From the IMG/VR virus record IMGVR_UViG_3300046782_000129, positions 53,535-117,534 of that record: a DNA stretch of 64,000 bases. One strand, written 5' to 3'. Origin of the DNA: a virus. Position numbers and translations under genes: made by a program. Below, in pieces: positions 1 through 9,700 of this stretch; within the stretch, counting starts at the first letter, position 1; every line of letters starts with the position of its first letter. The notes beneath the pieces are model-generated. The model was not told the origin of the DNA. It did no database searches and saw nothing but the letters and a program-made list of their open reading frames with translations.

Positions 1-966
1 CTGACGCGCAAGCCACGCATCATGGACGAAGACGATGAGGTGGCCGACGAGGATCGTCCGTTGGTGGTGGCCGTCCCCGAAGAGTTCAGAACCGAGTTCG
101 AAAAGGATGTCATCAATGCGCTGAGAGAAATTGCAGGCGTGAGCACACTGGCCCGCCACCCCTTCTTCTTGGAGGTGGACAAGGTGCATCACTCCTTCAT
201 GGAACGAGAGTCGATCTTCAGCCAGCCTGTGGTGGACTTCGTGAACCAGCGGCTGACGCTCTTGAAACGCAACTTCTGGAACCCCGAGGTGCCGAGGTTC
301 GCGCATTGTGACTTAGCCCTCTCCGGAGATAGTGCAGGCTTAGCCATCGGCACGGTTACGAACTTCAAGAACGTGTCCAGCGACCAAGGCCAGCCCGCCT
401 ACATGCCGAACATCTGGATCGATGGGGTGTTGGAGGTCCGTCCCCCGAAGAACTGTGAAATCCTTCTGAGCAAGATCCGAGAGGTCATCATCGTCCTGAA
501 GAAGATGGGCCTGAACATCATCTGGGTGACGTTCGATCAATTTCAGTCGAGCGACAGTCAACAGATTCTCAGGCAGCAGGGATTGATCACGGGCCACCAG
601 TCGATGGATGAAGTGCCGTGCAGGCCCTATGATTTCTTGAAGACTGCCGTGTATGAAGGCCGGTTGAACGCCCCGATCATGCCGAAGCTTCAGCGAGAGA
701 TGCTGATGTTGGAGAAGGATACGAAGCACGGGCGAGTGGACCACCCACCGGGCGGGAGCAAGGACTGCGCGGATGCGTTGGCGGGTGTGGCCTTCGGCCT
801 GACTATGCGACGGGAACTGTGGGGCCTGTATCGGATCCCGACCCTCATGATCCCCCAGAGCGTCTACGCCAGCGTGGATAAGCTCAAGCCGAAGGAAGAC
901 CAGCCAGACTACCAGCCCGAGTTGAGTCTGGTGGCGACGGAGCGAGGTCTTACGACCCCGATGTAA
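1..966 (+). CDS. terL: Terminase large subunit, C-terminal RNase H-like nuclease domain (5'-truncated by window edge)
   Basis: Frame open from base 1; motifs HCDLALSGDSAG, VTFDQFQS and DHPPGGSKDCADALAG are typical of TerL nuclease domains. Confidence 0.85.
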   Translation: MTRKPRIMDEDDEVADEDRPLVVAVPEEFRTEFEKDVINALREIAGVSTLARHPFFLEVDKVHHSFMERESIFSQPVVDFVNQRLTLLKRNFWNPEVPRFAHCDLALSGDSAGLAIGTVTNFKNVSSDQGQPAYMPNIWIDGVLEVRPPKNCEILLSKIREVIIVLKKMGLNIIWVTFDQFQSSDSQQILRQQGLITGHQSMDEVPCRPYDFLKTAVYEGRLNAPIMPKLQREMLMLEKDTKHGRVDHPPGGSKDCADALAGVAFGLTMRRELWGLYRIPTLMIPQSVYASVDKLKPKEDQPDYQPELSLVATERGLTTPM

Positions 967-1264
967 GGCACCCCTCCTTGAGTGCCGTGCCGTACATCTC
1001 TTCGAACCCCTCCGGGGCTTCCGTGCAGACCACGGCCAGCTTGTTGCAGGTCACGCAGAACGAGTTCCACCGGCCAGCCGGGTCATTGGACCGACGCACC
1101 CACGAGCGCATGTCGTGGCCCAGCTTGCGGGCGGCAGCAGCAGCGGCCTTCTTGCGGGCCGACAGATCCCCGAAGTGATCGATGGCGTTGTAACGCTGGA
1201 CGATGATGCGACGTTTCCTTGGTGCCAGATTTGAAGAACGACGACGAGCAAACTTCAAAGCCAT
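950..1264 (-). CDS. Hypothetical basic Cys/His (probable Zn-binding) protein
   Basis: RBS (AAGGAGA on minus) before ATG; divergent TTGACA/TATGAT promoter at 1339-1310; GH..W..CxxC..C pattern shared with 40535..40846. Confidence 0.65.
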   Translation of the reverse strand: MALKFARRRSSNLAPRKRRIIVQRYNAIDHFGDLSARKKAAAAAARKLGHDMRSWVRRSNDPAGRWNSFCVTCNKLAVVCTEAPEGFEEMYGTALKEGCLTSGS

Positions 1265-1309
1265 GTTTTCTCCTTGGTTTGATTGCTCACTCCTTGAGCG
1301 TACACATGG

Positions 1310-1370
1310 ATCATATCATAGGCCCCTCAGGTTTGTCAAGTTTGACAAATCCCAAAGCTGTGTGATATGA
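1310..1370. promoter_or_regulatory. Back-to-back divergent sigma70 promoters
   Basis: TTTGTCAAG-TTTGACAAA inverted pair at 1332-1349; TATGAT -10 boxes on both strands at 17-18 nt spacing. Confidence 0.7.
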
Positions 1371-1416
1371 TCAGTAGAGTCGGAAACTCATGGAGGAGTT
1401 TCTGGAGGGAGAGACA

Positions 1417-1665
1417 ATGGCAAAGAAGAAGACGACAGCGGTACCCACCCCGGTGAAGTACGACAGCCGGATCTGTTTCGGGATTGCCTACTTCACGACG
1501 GAGGAAGACGCCATGGCATTCGACCGTCATGTGCGGGCACTAGGCATCACGTACAACGGCGGCTACTTTCACGGGATGGCCTGTGGCCGGGACAAGACGT
1601 GGGACCACGTGGACCAGTCAGGCGGCTATCTCCATGGCAAGAAGCTCTACGCGGTGACCCAGTAA
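1417..1665 (+). CDS. Hypothetical phage protein
   Basis: GGAGGGGAG RBS, ATG 1417, directly downstream of promoter. Confidence 0.6.
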   Translation: MAKKKTTAVPTPVKYDSRICFGIAYFTTEEDAMAFDRHVRALGITYNGGYFHGMACGRDKTWDHVDQSGGYLHGKKLYAVTQ

Positions 1666-1973
1666 TGGCGCGGCTCACCAAAGAACGTTACGAGGTCGAG
1701 TGGTGGGTGTTGACCGATGCCGCCAAAGCTCGGAAGGCCCGTGAGCAGACTGAAGCGGGTTACATCTACGAGCACGACCGAGACCAAGACGAGCAGTCGA
1801 TGTTCGAAGTCTTCCTCAAGGAGAAGGACGCTCTTGCCTTCGCCCGGAAGGTGGTGGACGAATATCAGACGGTCTACGGCCATGCGACGGTGACGAAGCA
1901 GCGACTGGAGAACGTGGAGGGCACACGGATGTGGGAGTGGGAAGACATCGGTGAACCCACCTACGTCGAGTAA
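1665..1973 (+). CDS. Hypothetical phage protein
   Basis: TAATG translational coupling with the upstream gene. Confidence 0.6.
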   Translation: MARLTKERYEVEWWVLTDAAKARKAREQTEAGYIYEHDRDQDEQSMFEVFLKEKDALAFARKVVDEYQTVYGHATVTKQRLENVEGTRMWEWEDIGEPTYVE

Positions 1974-1979
1974 ATCTGC

Positions 1980-2024
1980 TGCAATCGGTTGCATTTGACA
2001 AACCATTGGGGGGCGTGGTAGTAT
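1980..2024 (+). promoter_or_regulatory. Palindromic operator-like motif abutting a sigma70 promoter
   Basis: TGCAATCGGTTGCA 1980-1993, TTGACA 1995-2000, TAGTAT 2019-2024. Confidence 0.65.
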
Positions 2025-2085
2025 CCACGTCCCCCCTCTTTCTAGGGGAGGGGGTTCGTTCCCTAAGACAGAGGAGCAAGCACAC

Positions 2086-2889
2086 ATGAAGAAGACTCTC
2101 CAGTTCGTTCTTGCAGTGGCTATGGTAGGGATCTTCGCAGCGTCGGCATCGGCGGCGTCCATCACGTTCGTGGGTTCATCGGGCACCTTGGCAGCAGCCA
2201 CACGTATCACCGATCTTGGTGGTGGCCTGCTGCGGATCGAGTTGGGCAACTTCGGGAGCGCAGCGGTGATCCCGGTGGATGTGCTGACCGGCGTGTTTTT
2301 CGACGGGAACAACGCGGTGTTGTCCAGCTTGGGCAACGTCTCAGCGATCACGTCGGCCACGACGACCATCACGAATCCGAATAGTTGTGGCGCAGGCGCG
2401 GCAGCGTGCCCGAGTGGAGCCAACCTGAATGTCGGTGGCGAGTTCGCATCGGCGGCGAATCCGCTGGGCGTCTACGACTTCGGCATCAGTAGCTCGGGAC
2501 TCGGCATTTTCGGGAACGCCAATTTCCTTGGCCCCGATTTGTCCGACCCGGTTGCTGTCAACGGCCTGAACTTCGGCATGGTCAGCATCCCGAACGGCAT
2601 TTCGGGTGGGGCCAATCCGGCAGTCTTGGCTGCTCCGCTGCTCCGTGGCGTCGTGACGTTCACGTTGCAGGGGCAAGTCGGGTTCAATCCGGCGACGGGG
2701 ATCACCGGCGTTCGCTTCCAGTATGGGACGGCCCTGACGGATGCGAACTTCATCGGTACTCCGCTGCCTCCGGGTGTTCCAACGCCGTTCGACGTTGGTC
2801 CGACAGCGGTGCCGGAACCGGCATCGATGATGCTTCTCGGTAGCGGGCTACTCGCTGGTGCCCGTTACGCCCGTCGTCGCAAGAAGTAA
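2086..2889 (+). CDS. PEP-CTERM exosortase-sorted surface protein
   Basis: N-terminal signal peptide (MKKTLQFVLAVAMVGIFAASASA); C-terminal VPEPASMMLLGSGLLAGARYARRRKK = PEP + TM helix + basic tail; GAGGAG RBS. Confidence 0.9.
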   Translation: MKKTLQFVLAVAMVGIFAASASAASITFVGSSGTLAAATRITDLGGGLLRIELGNFGSAAVIPVDVLTGVFFDGNNAVLSSLGNVSAITSATTTITNPNSCGAGAAACPSGANLNVGGEFASAANPLGVYDFGISSSGLGIFGNANFLGPDLSDPVAVNGLNFGMVSIPNGISGGANPAVLAAPLLRGVVTFTLQGQVGFNPATGITGVRFQYGTALTDANFIGTPLPPGVPTPFDVGPTAVPEPASMMLLGSGLLAGARYARRRKK

Positions 2890-2995
2890 GTTCTCCCTGC
2901 TCGGAAGCGTACTGCCATTCGCTTAGCCCGTTGTTACGGCCCCGGCACAACGCCGAGAAAGTCCGGGGCAATTTTCCTTCCAGACTGGGCGACCT

Positions 2996-4105
2996 ATGAC
3001 ACGGTACACGCCTGACCAGTTAGCGCAACGAGCGAAGATCGAACCACGTGCCGCCGGGTATCGTTACGGCTGTTGCTGGAACGATGCAGAAACGCTGTTC
3101 ACGTGTGTGACCGGAGCCACCACTGAGGTCAAGGCCACGGATGGTCGCACGTGGACCGGAGTGCTGCCGCATGCGGCCATCTTCCAGAGCGGAGCATCGT
3201 CACACGGTACGTGGGCGGTGGCCTACGGTAGTTGGGACGATGACCAGTTATACGTGTTCGGCCCGGACAGTTTTGTGCAGGGCCAGATTCGTGTGGCGGC
3301 TCTCGGTCCCAAGTGGGGCAACAACACCACGTTCATCGAAGCCGCCGAGTGGGGCTTCACCGTCTACTGGATCAATGCCAGTGACATTTGGAAGTACACG
3401 AAGACGCGCCTGTCGTTGGCCCTTGGCGTGATTGGCACCGAGATGATCCCGGTGCCGGTGGAACTTGCGCCACCCGCAAGCGGATGGGCCGATGTCGTGA
3501 GCCACGAGCCGTTGTGGTTGGCCGGTCCCGTGGTCAATGGCACCGGCAGCTACGGCAACATGGCGACGACCGCCCCTGATGGCACGACGCATCTGTTTCG
3601 TCCGATGACCCGTGGACGTTTCACGTCGGGGCAAGCGGACAACACGGTGAGCGGTCTACCGGGAACGATCATCCTCGATGTGCCCACGGGAAAGATTTTG
3701 CGTGCGACCAACGTGGACTCGCAGATTGGACCCGTCCTCGCATGTACGCCGAGTGGCCGTGGAGTCACGGTGTCCCCCGGTCCAGAAGGTCCGTATCAGA
3801 TTCAGTTCTCGGAGCAGTGGACGCTGGAACCAGTACACTCCGTTATTACGCCGCCTACGCCGCCTGATCCAGTCAAACCGCCCAACCCTGTGGAGCCGCC
3901 CATGAACAAACCCGGTGTCAACATCACGTCCTACGACAAGACGCTCACGCCAACAACGAACTGGCGTGTCGTAGTTGAAGACCGCAACAATCCGGGCGTT
4001 AAGTGTGTCGTGGAACTGCTGCACGGGGATCTGCATGTGACGTTGGACAACCCTGCGGGAAGTGATCGGAGCGGACTGGCACGACCCATCGTCATTCAAA
4101 GTTAA
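2996..4105 (+). CDS. Hypothetical beta-rich protein with Pro-rich linker
   Basis: 369-aa ORF; PPTPPDPVKPPNPVEPP linker before a small C-terminal domain. Confidence 0.65.
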   Translation: MTRYTPDQLAQRAKIEPRAAGYRYGCCWNDAETLFTCVTGATTEVKATDGRTWTGVLPHAAIFQSGASSHGTWAVAYGSWDDDQLYVFGPDSFVQGQIRVAALGPKWGNNTTFIEAAEWGFTVYWINASDIWKYTKTRLSLALGVIGTEMIPVPVELAPPASGWADVVSHEPLWLAGPVVNGTGSYGNMATTAPDGTTHLFRPMTRGRFTSGQADNTVSGLPGTIILDVPTGKILRATNVDSQIGPVLACTPSGRGVTVSPGPEGPYQIQFSEQWTLEPVHSVITPPTPPDPVKPPNPVEPPMNKPGVNITSYDKTLTPTTNWRVVVEDRNNPGVKCVVELLHGDLHVTLDNPAGSDRSGLARPIVIQS

Positions 4106-4115
4106 GGAGCCTCAC

Positions 4116-4562
4116 ATGAAGAAGGACAATCCCGCGTCAGATGTTCCACCACCGGATGACCCGATGCACTTTCCGGCGAAGAAACCGCAGGCGAAGAAAG
4201 AAACACGCACCGTGACGGCGCAAGCTGGTCCGATGGCCGCGAGAGCCGTGTTCAACGCTAGCCAGTTGGTGGACCTGCACGATGGGTCGTTTGCGGTGCA
4301 TGTTGAAAATCCGCTCCGCTACAGTTACGACCAAGGTCCGGATGCTGGCACGACGCTCTCTGGACAAGGCGAATCACCACAGGGCACGGTGTTCTTGTCG
4401 ATCAATCCGCTCGGAGGGTGGGAGTGCCGTCCGAATGATCCCGCCGTGATCGGCGCGTGGGAACGTTTTTACAAGCAGGACGGGTTGATCATCGTGAAGC
4501 CGTCCGACTTCGATGCCAACCAGCCGCACGTGGCGTACGCCTTCATCTGCTCGGAGAAGTAG
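4116..4562 (+). CDS. Hypothetical protein
   Basis: AAGGAG RBS then ATG 4116; operon context. Confidence 0.65.
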   Translation: MKKDNPASDVPPPDDPMHFPAKKPQAKKETRTVTAQAGPMAARAVFNASQLVDLHDGSFAVHVENPLRYSYDQGPDAGTTLSGQGESPQGTVFLSINPLGGWECRPNDPAVIGAWERFYKQDGLIIVKPSDFDANQPHVAYAFICSEK

Positions 4563-4565
4563 GTT

Positions 4566-5651
4566 ATGAACACACGCATGGTTGCGGCGATGCGCCGTGC
4601 TATGGAACCGGGTCCCGGTCCGGGGCCGGGTCCGGGACCCCTGCCTCCGGTGATTCCTCCCACCGATCAGTCGATGATACGAGCGAACTTCTGTGGTCAT
4701 CGGGACCACGTGGGACGCATCGTCTTTGACCCGGCGTACTTCTGCGCGAATGAAGTGACGCCAGAGGATCGCAAGCAGACCTACGCCATCAAGAAGCGGA
4801 TGGGTCTGAACGCCATCGTGCTCCAGACTCCTGATGGACACGTGTATCCGGGGTACAAGGGCTTCTCGATCCCTGACTGGCGTCAGCGCATGGACCTGAT
4901 GAAGGCGTTGGTCGATGAGGTGATCGCCCATGGGTTCCTGCCGTTGGTGTTCCTGACGACCGGCAACAACGTGGACGACCTTGGCCTGTACGATGGAGAG
5001 CTACGCCGAAAGACCAGAGTCTTCGCAGGCTACGGCAAGGCCGCATGGTTCTCAGGTGGCTGGGAGATGACCGGGAGTCAAAACCCGACCATCAGCACGA
5101 AGCAGGTCAACGAAATGCTCAAGATCATGCACGAGGAGTTGGGTGACGGTGCCCTGCTGTTTGTGCATGGAGCGGACTGGGAGCGGTGTACTGCTGCGAG
5201 TTATCGAGGCAGTAATCCGGACATCCAACCCCCCGGTTGTATTTGGGTGAACGATACGTGGGTGGAAGCCGATGATCCCTCGCAGGGTGGAGAAATCGAC
5301 TGGTGGTACACGCCAGAAGCTCTGTGGTGCAAGGCGTGGTTCTGGCAGTCACGACACGGTGGAGCCGGTCCCAGTTACAACGATGACACTGAGTTGAAAG
5401 CGTGGCGGGGTCGTGCAATTGAGTGCCAAATCCGGTTCTTGGAGCCGGGAATGCGTCCACCACCGATGGTGGCGTACGAACACGGTGCTCCAGATTGGAT
5501 GGGGTCACGACACGGCAATCGCCCGATCTTCGTGGTGTTTGAACTCTCTCCATACGAATACATCCGAGAGTGGTGTGATGAAGCTCGGGTGCAATACGTG
5601 GCCAAGCTCCTGCACGATGACGGGTTCTTGCATCTGGGTAGCGGCACATGA
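4566..5651 (+). CDS. Possible glycoside-hydrolase-like TIM-barrel protein
   Basis: Alternating beta/alpha pattern, GWEM and VVFE candidate catalytic Glu motifs, Trp-rich; function is inference. Confidence 0.4.
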   Translation: MNTRMVAAMRRAMEPGPGPGPGPGPLPPVIPPTDQSMIRANFCGHRDHVGRIVFDPAYFCANEVTPEDRKQTYAIKKRMGLNAIVLQTPDGHVYPGYKGFSIPDWRQRMDLMKALVDEVIAHGFLPLVFLTTGNNVDDLGLYDGELRRKTRVFAGYGKAAWFSGGWEMTGSQNPTISTKQVNEMLKIMHEELGDGALLFVHGADWERCTAASYRGSNPDIQPPGCIWVNDTWVEADDPSQGGEIDWWYTPEALWCKAWFWQSRHGGAGPSYNDDTELKAWRGRAIECQIRFLEPGMRPPPMVAYEHGAPDWMGSRHGNRPIFVVFELSPYEYIREWCDEARVQYVAKLLHDDGFLHLGSGT

Positions 5652-5743
5652 CTGCTGCTGATGTGCTGATCCCAATTGCGGTTGCGCTGGTGGCGGCGTT
5701 AGTCGGTGGTGCTATTGGTTGGTGGTTTGGTCGGAGACGTTGA
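5648..5743 (+). CDS. 31-aa single-TM peptide (holin-like candidate), not in ORF track
   Basis: ATGA overlap; MTAADVLIPIAVALVAALVGGAIGWWFGRRR. Confidence 0.5.
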   Translation: MTAADVLIPIAVALVAALVGGAIGWWFGRRR

Positions 5744-5745
5744 TA

Positions 5746-5841
5746 ATGAAGCGCGACACGTTCTGGGCGACCGTGCTGTGGCCGTTCAACGTGTTGCGCG
5801 TCATTTGGAAGGCTCTAACTACTAGAAGGGACAAGACTTAG
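5746..5841 (+). CDS. 31-aa amphipathic/basic peptide, not in ORF track
   Basis: MKRDTFWATVLWPFNVLRVIWKALTTRRDKT; fills the gap up to the next promoter. Confidence 0.45.
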   Translation: MKRDTFWATVLWPFNVLRVIWKALTTRRDKT

Positions 5842-5882
5842 AGTCCTTGACAAATTAAAGCTGGGTGTGAGACACTAGGGTC

Positions 5883-6131
5883 ATGGATCGCACACTGACA
5901 GGCGAAGTGCTCTACAAAGAAGGCCAGTTTTTCGTGGTCAAGACGGATGGCCCGTCCCACCTGACCACGATGCACATGACCCCCCGAGAGATGAAGGACG
6001 GCGACGTCGGAGACGTGGTGGAGTTGAAGTATTTCTCCACAAACACCTACGGGTTCTGGTACGTCAGCCGGGTGGTCGATAAGGGGCCGGTTAGCGATGA
6101 AGAACAGCTTCTGAGTAGGTATCTGCCCTGA
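5883..6131 (+). CDS. Hypothetical protein (possibly leaderless mRNA)
   Basis: Promoter TTGACA 5847 / GACACT 5871-5876; ATG only 6 nt after the -10 box. Confidence 0.6.
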   Translation: MDRTLTGEVLYKEGQFFVVKTDGPSHLTTMHMTPREMKDGDVGDVVELKYFSTNTYGFWYVSRVVDKGPVSDEEQLLSRYLP

Positions 6132-6191
6132 TTTGACAAACTGCTAGGACCTGTGCGACAATGGGTTCCTGCTCATGGAGGAGCGAAATTT

Positions 6192-6458
6192 ATGGCCCTG
6201 AACCGATACGACGCTGACAAGATGACCCTCCCCCTCTGCGACGACTTTGAAGACACGCCGATCTTCGTCTCGTGCGAGAAGTGCGAGAAGCCGGTGGAGT
6301 CAGAGACGGTGGAAACGGTGGAGCTTCTGACGGAGCGCAACCCCGACGTCTACGAGGATCAGGTGTGGTGCATGACGTGCCGGGAGCGGGCGGAGTATCT
6401 GAGCGATCCGTTCAACGAAGCGTACGAGCGGGCACGGGCGAGAGGCTGGGAAGACTGA
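6192..6458 (+). CDS. Hypothetical Zn-ribbon protein
   Basis: GGAGG RBS; CxxC...CxxC; promoter TTGACA at 6133. Confidence 0.6.
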   Translation: MALNRYDADKMTLPLCDDFEDTPIFVSCEKCEKPVESETVETVELLTERNPDVYEDQVWCMTCRERAEYLSDPFNEAYERARARGWED

Positions 6459-6685
6459 TGGGATGGACAGCGATTGATCGGTATGGCCAGACGTGGTGTC
6501 TGGTCCGAGTGCAGCGACAGGACGGCACGGAGTTCGCGGACATCGTGCCCGGACCCGATGACGACCTTGCTATCATGGGAGTGTTTGCATGGGCGTTGTT
6601 CCCCCTCGCCAAGGAAATTCTGTACAAGGGTCAGCCACTGGTGAACCCGGTGAAGCATCAGGACGACGTGTCAAGCGGTGTCTGA
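6458..6685 (+). CDS. Hypothetical protein
   Basis: TGATG coupling with upstream gene. Confidence 0.5.
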   Translation: MGWTAIDRYGQTWCLVRVQRQDGTEFADIVPGPDDDLAIMGVFAWALFPLAKEILYKGQPLVNPVKHQDDVSSGV

Positions 6686-7038
6686 TTTGTGGGAAGACAT
6701 TGGAGCAGCACGACCGGGTGGATCTGCGGATCTGCCAGCGGAAAGCCGATGCCCTGAAGAACAAGGGAATGAAACGGGTGCGGCCAGAATCCGTGGAACG
6801 TCTCCTGATGGTGGAGCGTGAGGCCGAGGAGCGGGGATTTCAGCGGGGTCGGGAGGCCAGTCGAGCCATGGTGTTGAAGTGGGGCATCAAGCATGACTCG
6901 TTTCCCCATCCTAACGAGCGACCGCACTACCGCTGTCAGGAGTGCGCGGTGTCATGGTCAGGAGCGAGAGATGCCCACCCCCCTAGCGAAGGGTGTGCGG
7001 TGCAGCAGGCTCTTGCTAAGGTGGATGTCAGGTCATGA
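6589..7038 (+). CDS. Hypothetical Cys/His protein (start uncertain)
   Basis: CxxC..H..C and H..CxxC..H..C clusters; no clear start near the upstream stop. Confidence 0.4.
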   Translation: MGVVPPRQGNSVQGSATGEPGEASGRRVKRCLICGKTLEQHDRVDLRICQRKADALKNKGMKRVRPESVERLLMVEREAEERGFQRGREASRAMVLKWGIKHDSFPHPNERPHYRCQECAVSWSGARDAHPPSEGCAVQQALAKVDVRS

Positions 7039-7357
7039 GGCAACGAGAGTGGATGACGTTGATTCTTCTCGTGGTGGTGCTTACATGGTTTATTGCGAAA
7101 GCCATCGCATGGTGGTGGGGGTATCGATGAAGTATCTGGATCGGTTGGAAAAAGACAATGCGTATCGGGTGGCCGTGGAATTCGGCCAGCAGCAAGGTCA
7201 AGAAGACCCGGCGTCAGATGCCGTGGCTTTCTGGTCGGCATGGAGAGCGGCAAGGAACGCAGCAGCCGCCCTGTTGAACAAGGCGGAGGAACTGAACCTG
7301 ACGCCTGAGCAGATGGAGGCCCTGACCCGTGTCGCGGAAAAAGTCGCCTACGACTAG
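7025..7357 (+). CDS. Hypothetical protein
   Basis: ORF in + strand operon, overlaps upstream stop. Confidence 0.45.
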   Translation: MSGHEATRVDDVDSSRGGAYMVYCESHRMVVGVSMKYLDRLEKDNAYRVAVEFGQQQGQEDPASDAVAFWSAWRAARNAAAALLNKAEELNLTPEQMEALTRVAEKVAYD

Positions 7358-7465
7358 GCTGGAGCCGTGGTGGTTGATCTGGCCCCCGATGATCTTGCTG
7401 GCGGGGGTGGTGCTCGGCGTGTTCTGGGGCGTGGTCGAAGACCTACCGTGGTTGTGGAGGCACTG

Positions 7466-7621
7466 ATGGCGAAGAAGCGGATTCATCCGATCACGGAGAT
7501 GAACAACGAGTTCAGCAAGGCTATTTTTCTGGCCCCGTTCGGGTGCCTGTTCATTGGCCTGTTCTGGGGGCTGGTCTTCACGGTGCTGGGCTGGCTGGGG
7601 CTGATAACCGTCCACCACTGA
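7466..7621 (+). CDS. Small membrane protein
   Basis: GGAGG RBS; hydrophobic IFLAPFGCLFIGLFWGLVFTVLGWLGLI. Confidence 0.55.
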   Translation: MAKKRIHPITEMNNEFSKAIFLAPFGCLFIGLFWGLVFTVLGWLGLITVHH

Positions 7622-7676
7622 GTGGCAATCAAGTGCATTTGACAAACTAATCCTCCTGTGTCATACTGGTCTGGTC

Positions 7677-8012
7677 ATGGAGGATACATTGACTGTCAAA
7701 CACGCCACTCCCGAGTTCAACGCCGCCCTCGATGCCTTCGTCGCGGCCACGCAAGCCAAAATCAACGCGGACTTCGCCCACAATTACTCGCGGGTGACGC
7801 CCCCGGTCCTGACGGTGGAAGCCGGTCAGAAGAACGCCAAGATCGTCAAGACGGACAGCCAGCGGTCGGTGTTCTGCTTCGTCCGGATCGCGGACGGAGC
7901 CATCCTCAAGGCGGCAAGCTGGAAGGCTCCTGCCAAGCACGCCCGAGGGTCCATCTTCGTGAACGCCGGTCAAGACGCGGTGACCACCTTCGGCGCGAAC
8001 TACCTGCGCTGA
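7677..8012 (+). CDS. Conserved phage hypothetical protein
   Basis: SVFCFV...GAILKAASWKAPAKHARGSI pattern familiar from phage early proteins; promoter TTGACA 7639 / CATACT 7662. Confidence 0.7.
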   Translation: MEDTLTVKHATPEFNAALDAFVAATQAKINADFAHNYSRVTPPVLTVEAGQKNAKIVKTDSQRSVFCFVRIADGAILKAASWKAPAKHARGSIFVNAGQDAVTTFGANYLR

Positions 8013-8115
8013 GCCTCAAAAAGGGCCAAATTCCCTAGCAAAAACAGGGGAATTTGGTCCTTGACAAACTGGGCTAGTGGTGTCATACTGGGTGGGTAAG
8101 GTCATGGAGGATTCG

Positions 8116-8274
8116 ATGGTAGCAACAATTCGCCCGGTCCACTTCGTCCCCGATGTTCGTCGGCCCTTCAAGACGGCGTGCCAAGCTGGGCGGCACACAA
8201 AGCGGTGGAGGTCGGTGGATACGACCACGGTGAAGGCCGCAGTGACGTGCAAAAAGTGCAGGAGGGTGGCATGA
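8116..8274 (+). CDS. Small Zn-binding protein
   Basis: Promoter at 8061, GGAGG RBS, H..C..CxxC. Confidence 0.5.
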   Translation: MVATIRPVHFVPDVRRPFKTACQAGRHTKRWRSVDTTTVKAAVTCKKCRRVA

Positions 8275-8441
8275 AGGACATGGTACAGCATCACACTGAC
8301 ATCAAGAAGCAGGGCGTAAAGCCAACTACGTGGGTGGTCGTCTGCTCCTGCGGCTATCAGAGCCGTCCCTACGAACGCAAGCGGGACGCGGACAACGACG
8401 AAGGCGAACACGTTCGCCTGATGACCTACGTGAAGGATTGA
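8271..8441 (+). CDS. Small Zn-binding protein
   Basis: ATGA overlap, GGAGGG RBS, H..CSCG..H. Confidence 0.5.
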   Translation: MKDMVQHHTDIKKQGVKPTTWVVVCSCGYQSRPYERKRDADNDEGEHVRLMTYVKD

Positions 8442-8761
8442 TCCAAGTGAGAAACTTCACGCACGAGCGGGACAAACGCTGCACAGAGACCGTGTTCAGA
8501 CGGGGCCGGGACGGGCAGGGGTTCAAGCGGTGTGCATTCAGCACCCTGATGCACCTGTCCCCCCAGCGGTGTGGGCGTGTGGCCCCTGAGGGGCGGAGCA
8601 AGTGCTGGCAGCACGACCGGGAGCAGTCGAGGCGGCGGCGGCAGGCCCACGTCGAATTCCCTGACTCTAAACCCTTGAGAAATAAGGGGTTATAGACCAC
8701 TTGACAAATGGAGTGATTGGGCGTATACTTGTTCTGTAAGGTCATGGAGGACAACAAAGTT

Positions 8762-9616
8762 ATGGCACACACACCCACGGTCCACAATCCGACGCACTTC
8801 GAACCCGCGCACTACGAGGTCGTAGACTATCTTGACAACAAGCGTCCCGCCTACTACGGGCAGGGCATCGAAGCGTTCGAAGCCGAGATCAAGTTCTGGC
8901 AGGACGAGATGATCGCCACCTTCGGCGCGGACTACGCGAAGAAGATTCACCACTGCGTTCACTGCGGCAACGGTCGCGTGCGCTGGATCACGGCGACCAA
9001 GCACCTCCCCACGGGCGACGTGGTGGTCTTCGGGTCGGACTGCACGGCGCGTCTCGGGTTCCGCAATCAGGTCGCCTTCAAGCTGGCGCAGCTTCAGGCG
9101 AAGGCGGAAGCCGGTCACAAGCGGATGAAGATTTGGGTCGCCCGCACGGCGTTCCTCGCGGCGAATCCGGAGTTCGCGGCGGCGGTCGAGCAGGCGAAGA
9201 ACGAAGTCCACGCGAAGAATACCTTCGTGGCCGACGTCATCAGCAAGCTGAACCTTTACGGAAGCCTCTCAGAGCGTCAGGTGGCGGCGGTCATCAAGTC
9301 CATCGCCCGTGACATCGAGATGGCGTCAGGCAAGGCGGCAGAGGCCACCGAGGTCAAGGGAGACGCCCCCACGGGTCGCCAGACGGTCACCGGGGTCATC
9401 CTGAGCATCAAGCAGGTCGAAGGCTACTACGGCTGGCAGTCGAAGATGCTCCTCAAGCTGGAGAACAACGCCCGCGTGTGGCTGACGGTCCCCAGCAAGG
9501 CGGCGGTGGAGGTCAAGAACACCATCACGGTGACGGCCACCTTCGAAGTCAGCAAGGATGACAAGTCCTTCGCCTTCGGTAAGCGTCCGAGTCTGGTCAG
9601 CGTCAAGGCGGCGTGA
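8762..9616 (+). CDS. Hypothetical protein with Zn-binding segment and C-terminal OB-fold-like domain
   Basis: Promoter TTGACA 8701 / TATACT; GGAGG RBS; CxHC..H..C; GRQTVTGVILSIK...ITVTATFE OB-like pattern. Confidence 0.7.
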   Translation: MAHTPTVHNPTHFEPAHYEVVDYLDNKRPAYYGQGIEAFEAEIKFWQDEMIATFGADYAKKIHHCVHCGNGRVRWITATKHLPTGDVVVFGSDCTARLGFRNQVAFKLAQLQAKAEAGHKRMKIWVARTAFLAANPEFAAAVEQAKNEVHAKNTFVADVISKLNLYGSLSERQVAAVIKSIARDIEMASGKAAEATEVKGDAPTGRQTVTGVILSIKQVEGYYGWQSKMLLKLENNARVWLTVPSKAAVEVKNTITVTATFEVSKDDKSFAFGKRPSLVSVKAA

Positions 9617-9700
9617 AATCGATTGCAGGGGGAGGGGGTTGACAAACTCCTCCCCCTCATGCGATACTGGGTGGGTAAGGTAGTCCCAAAGGAGTTGGGT

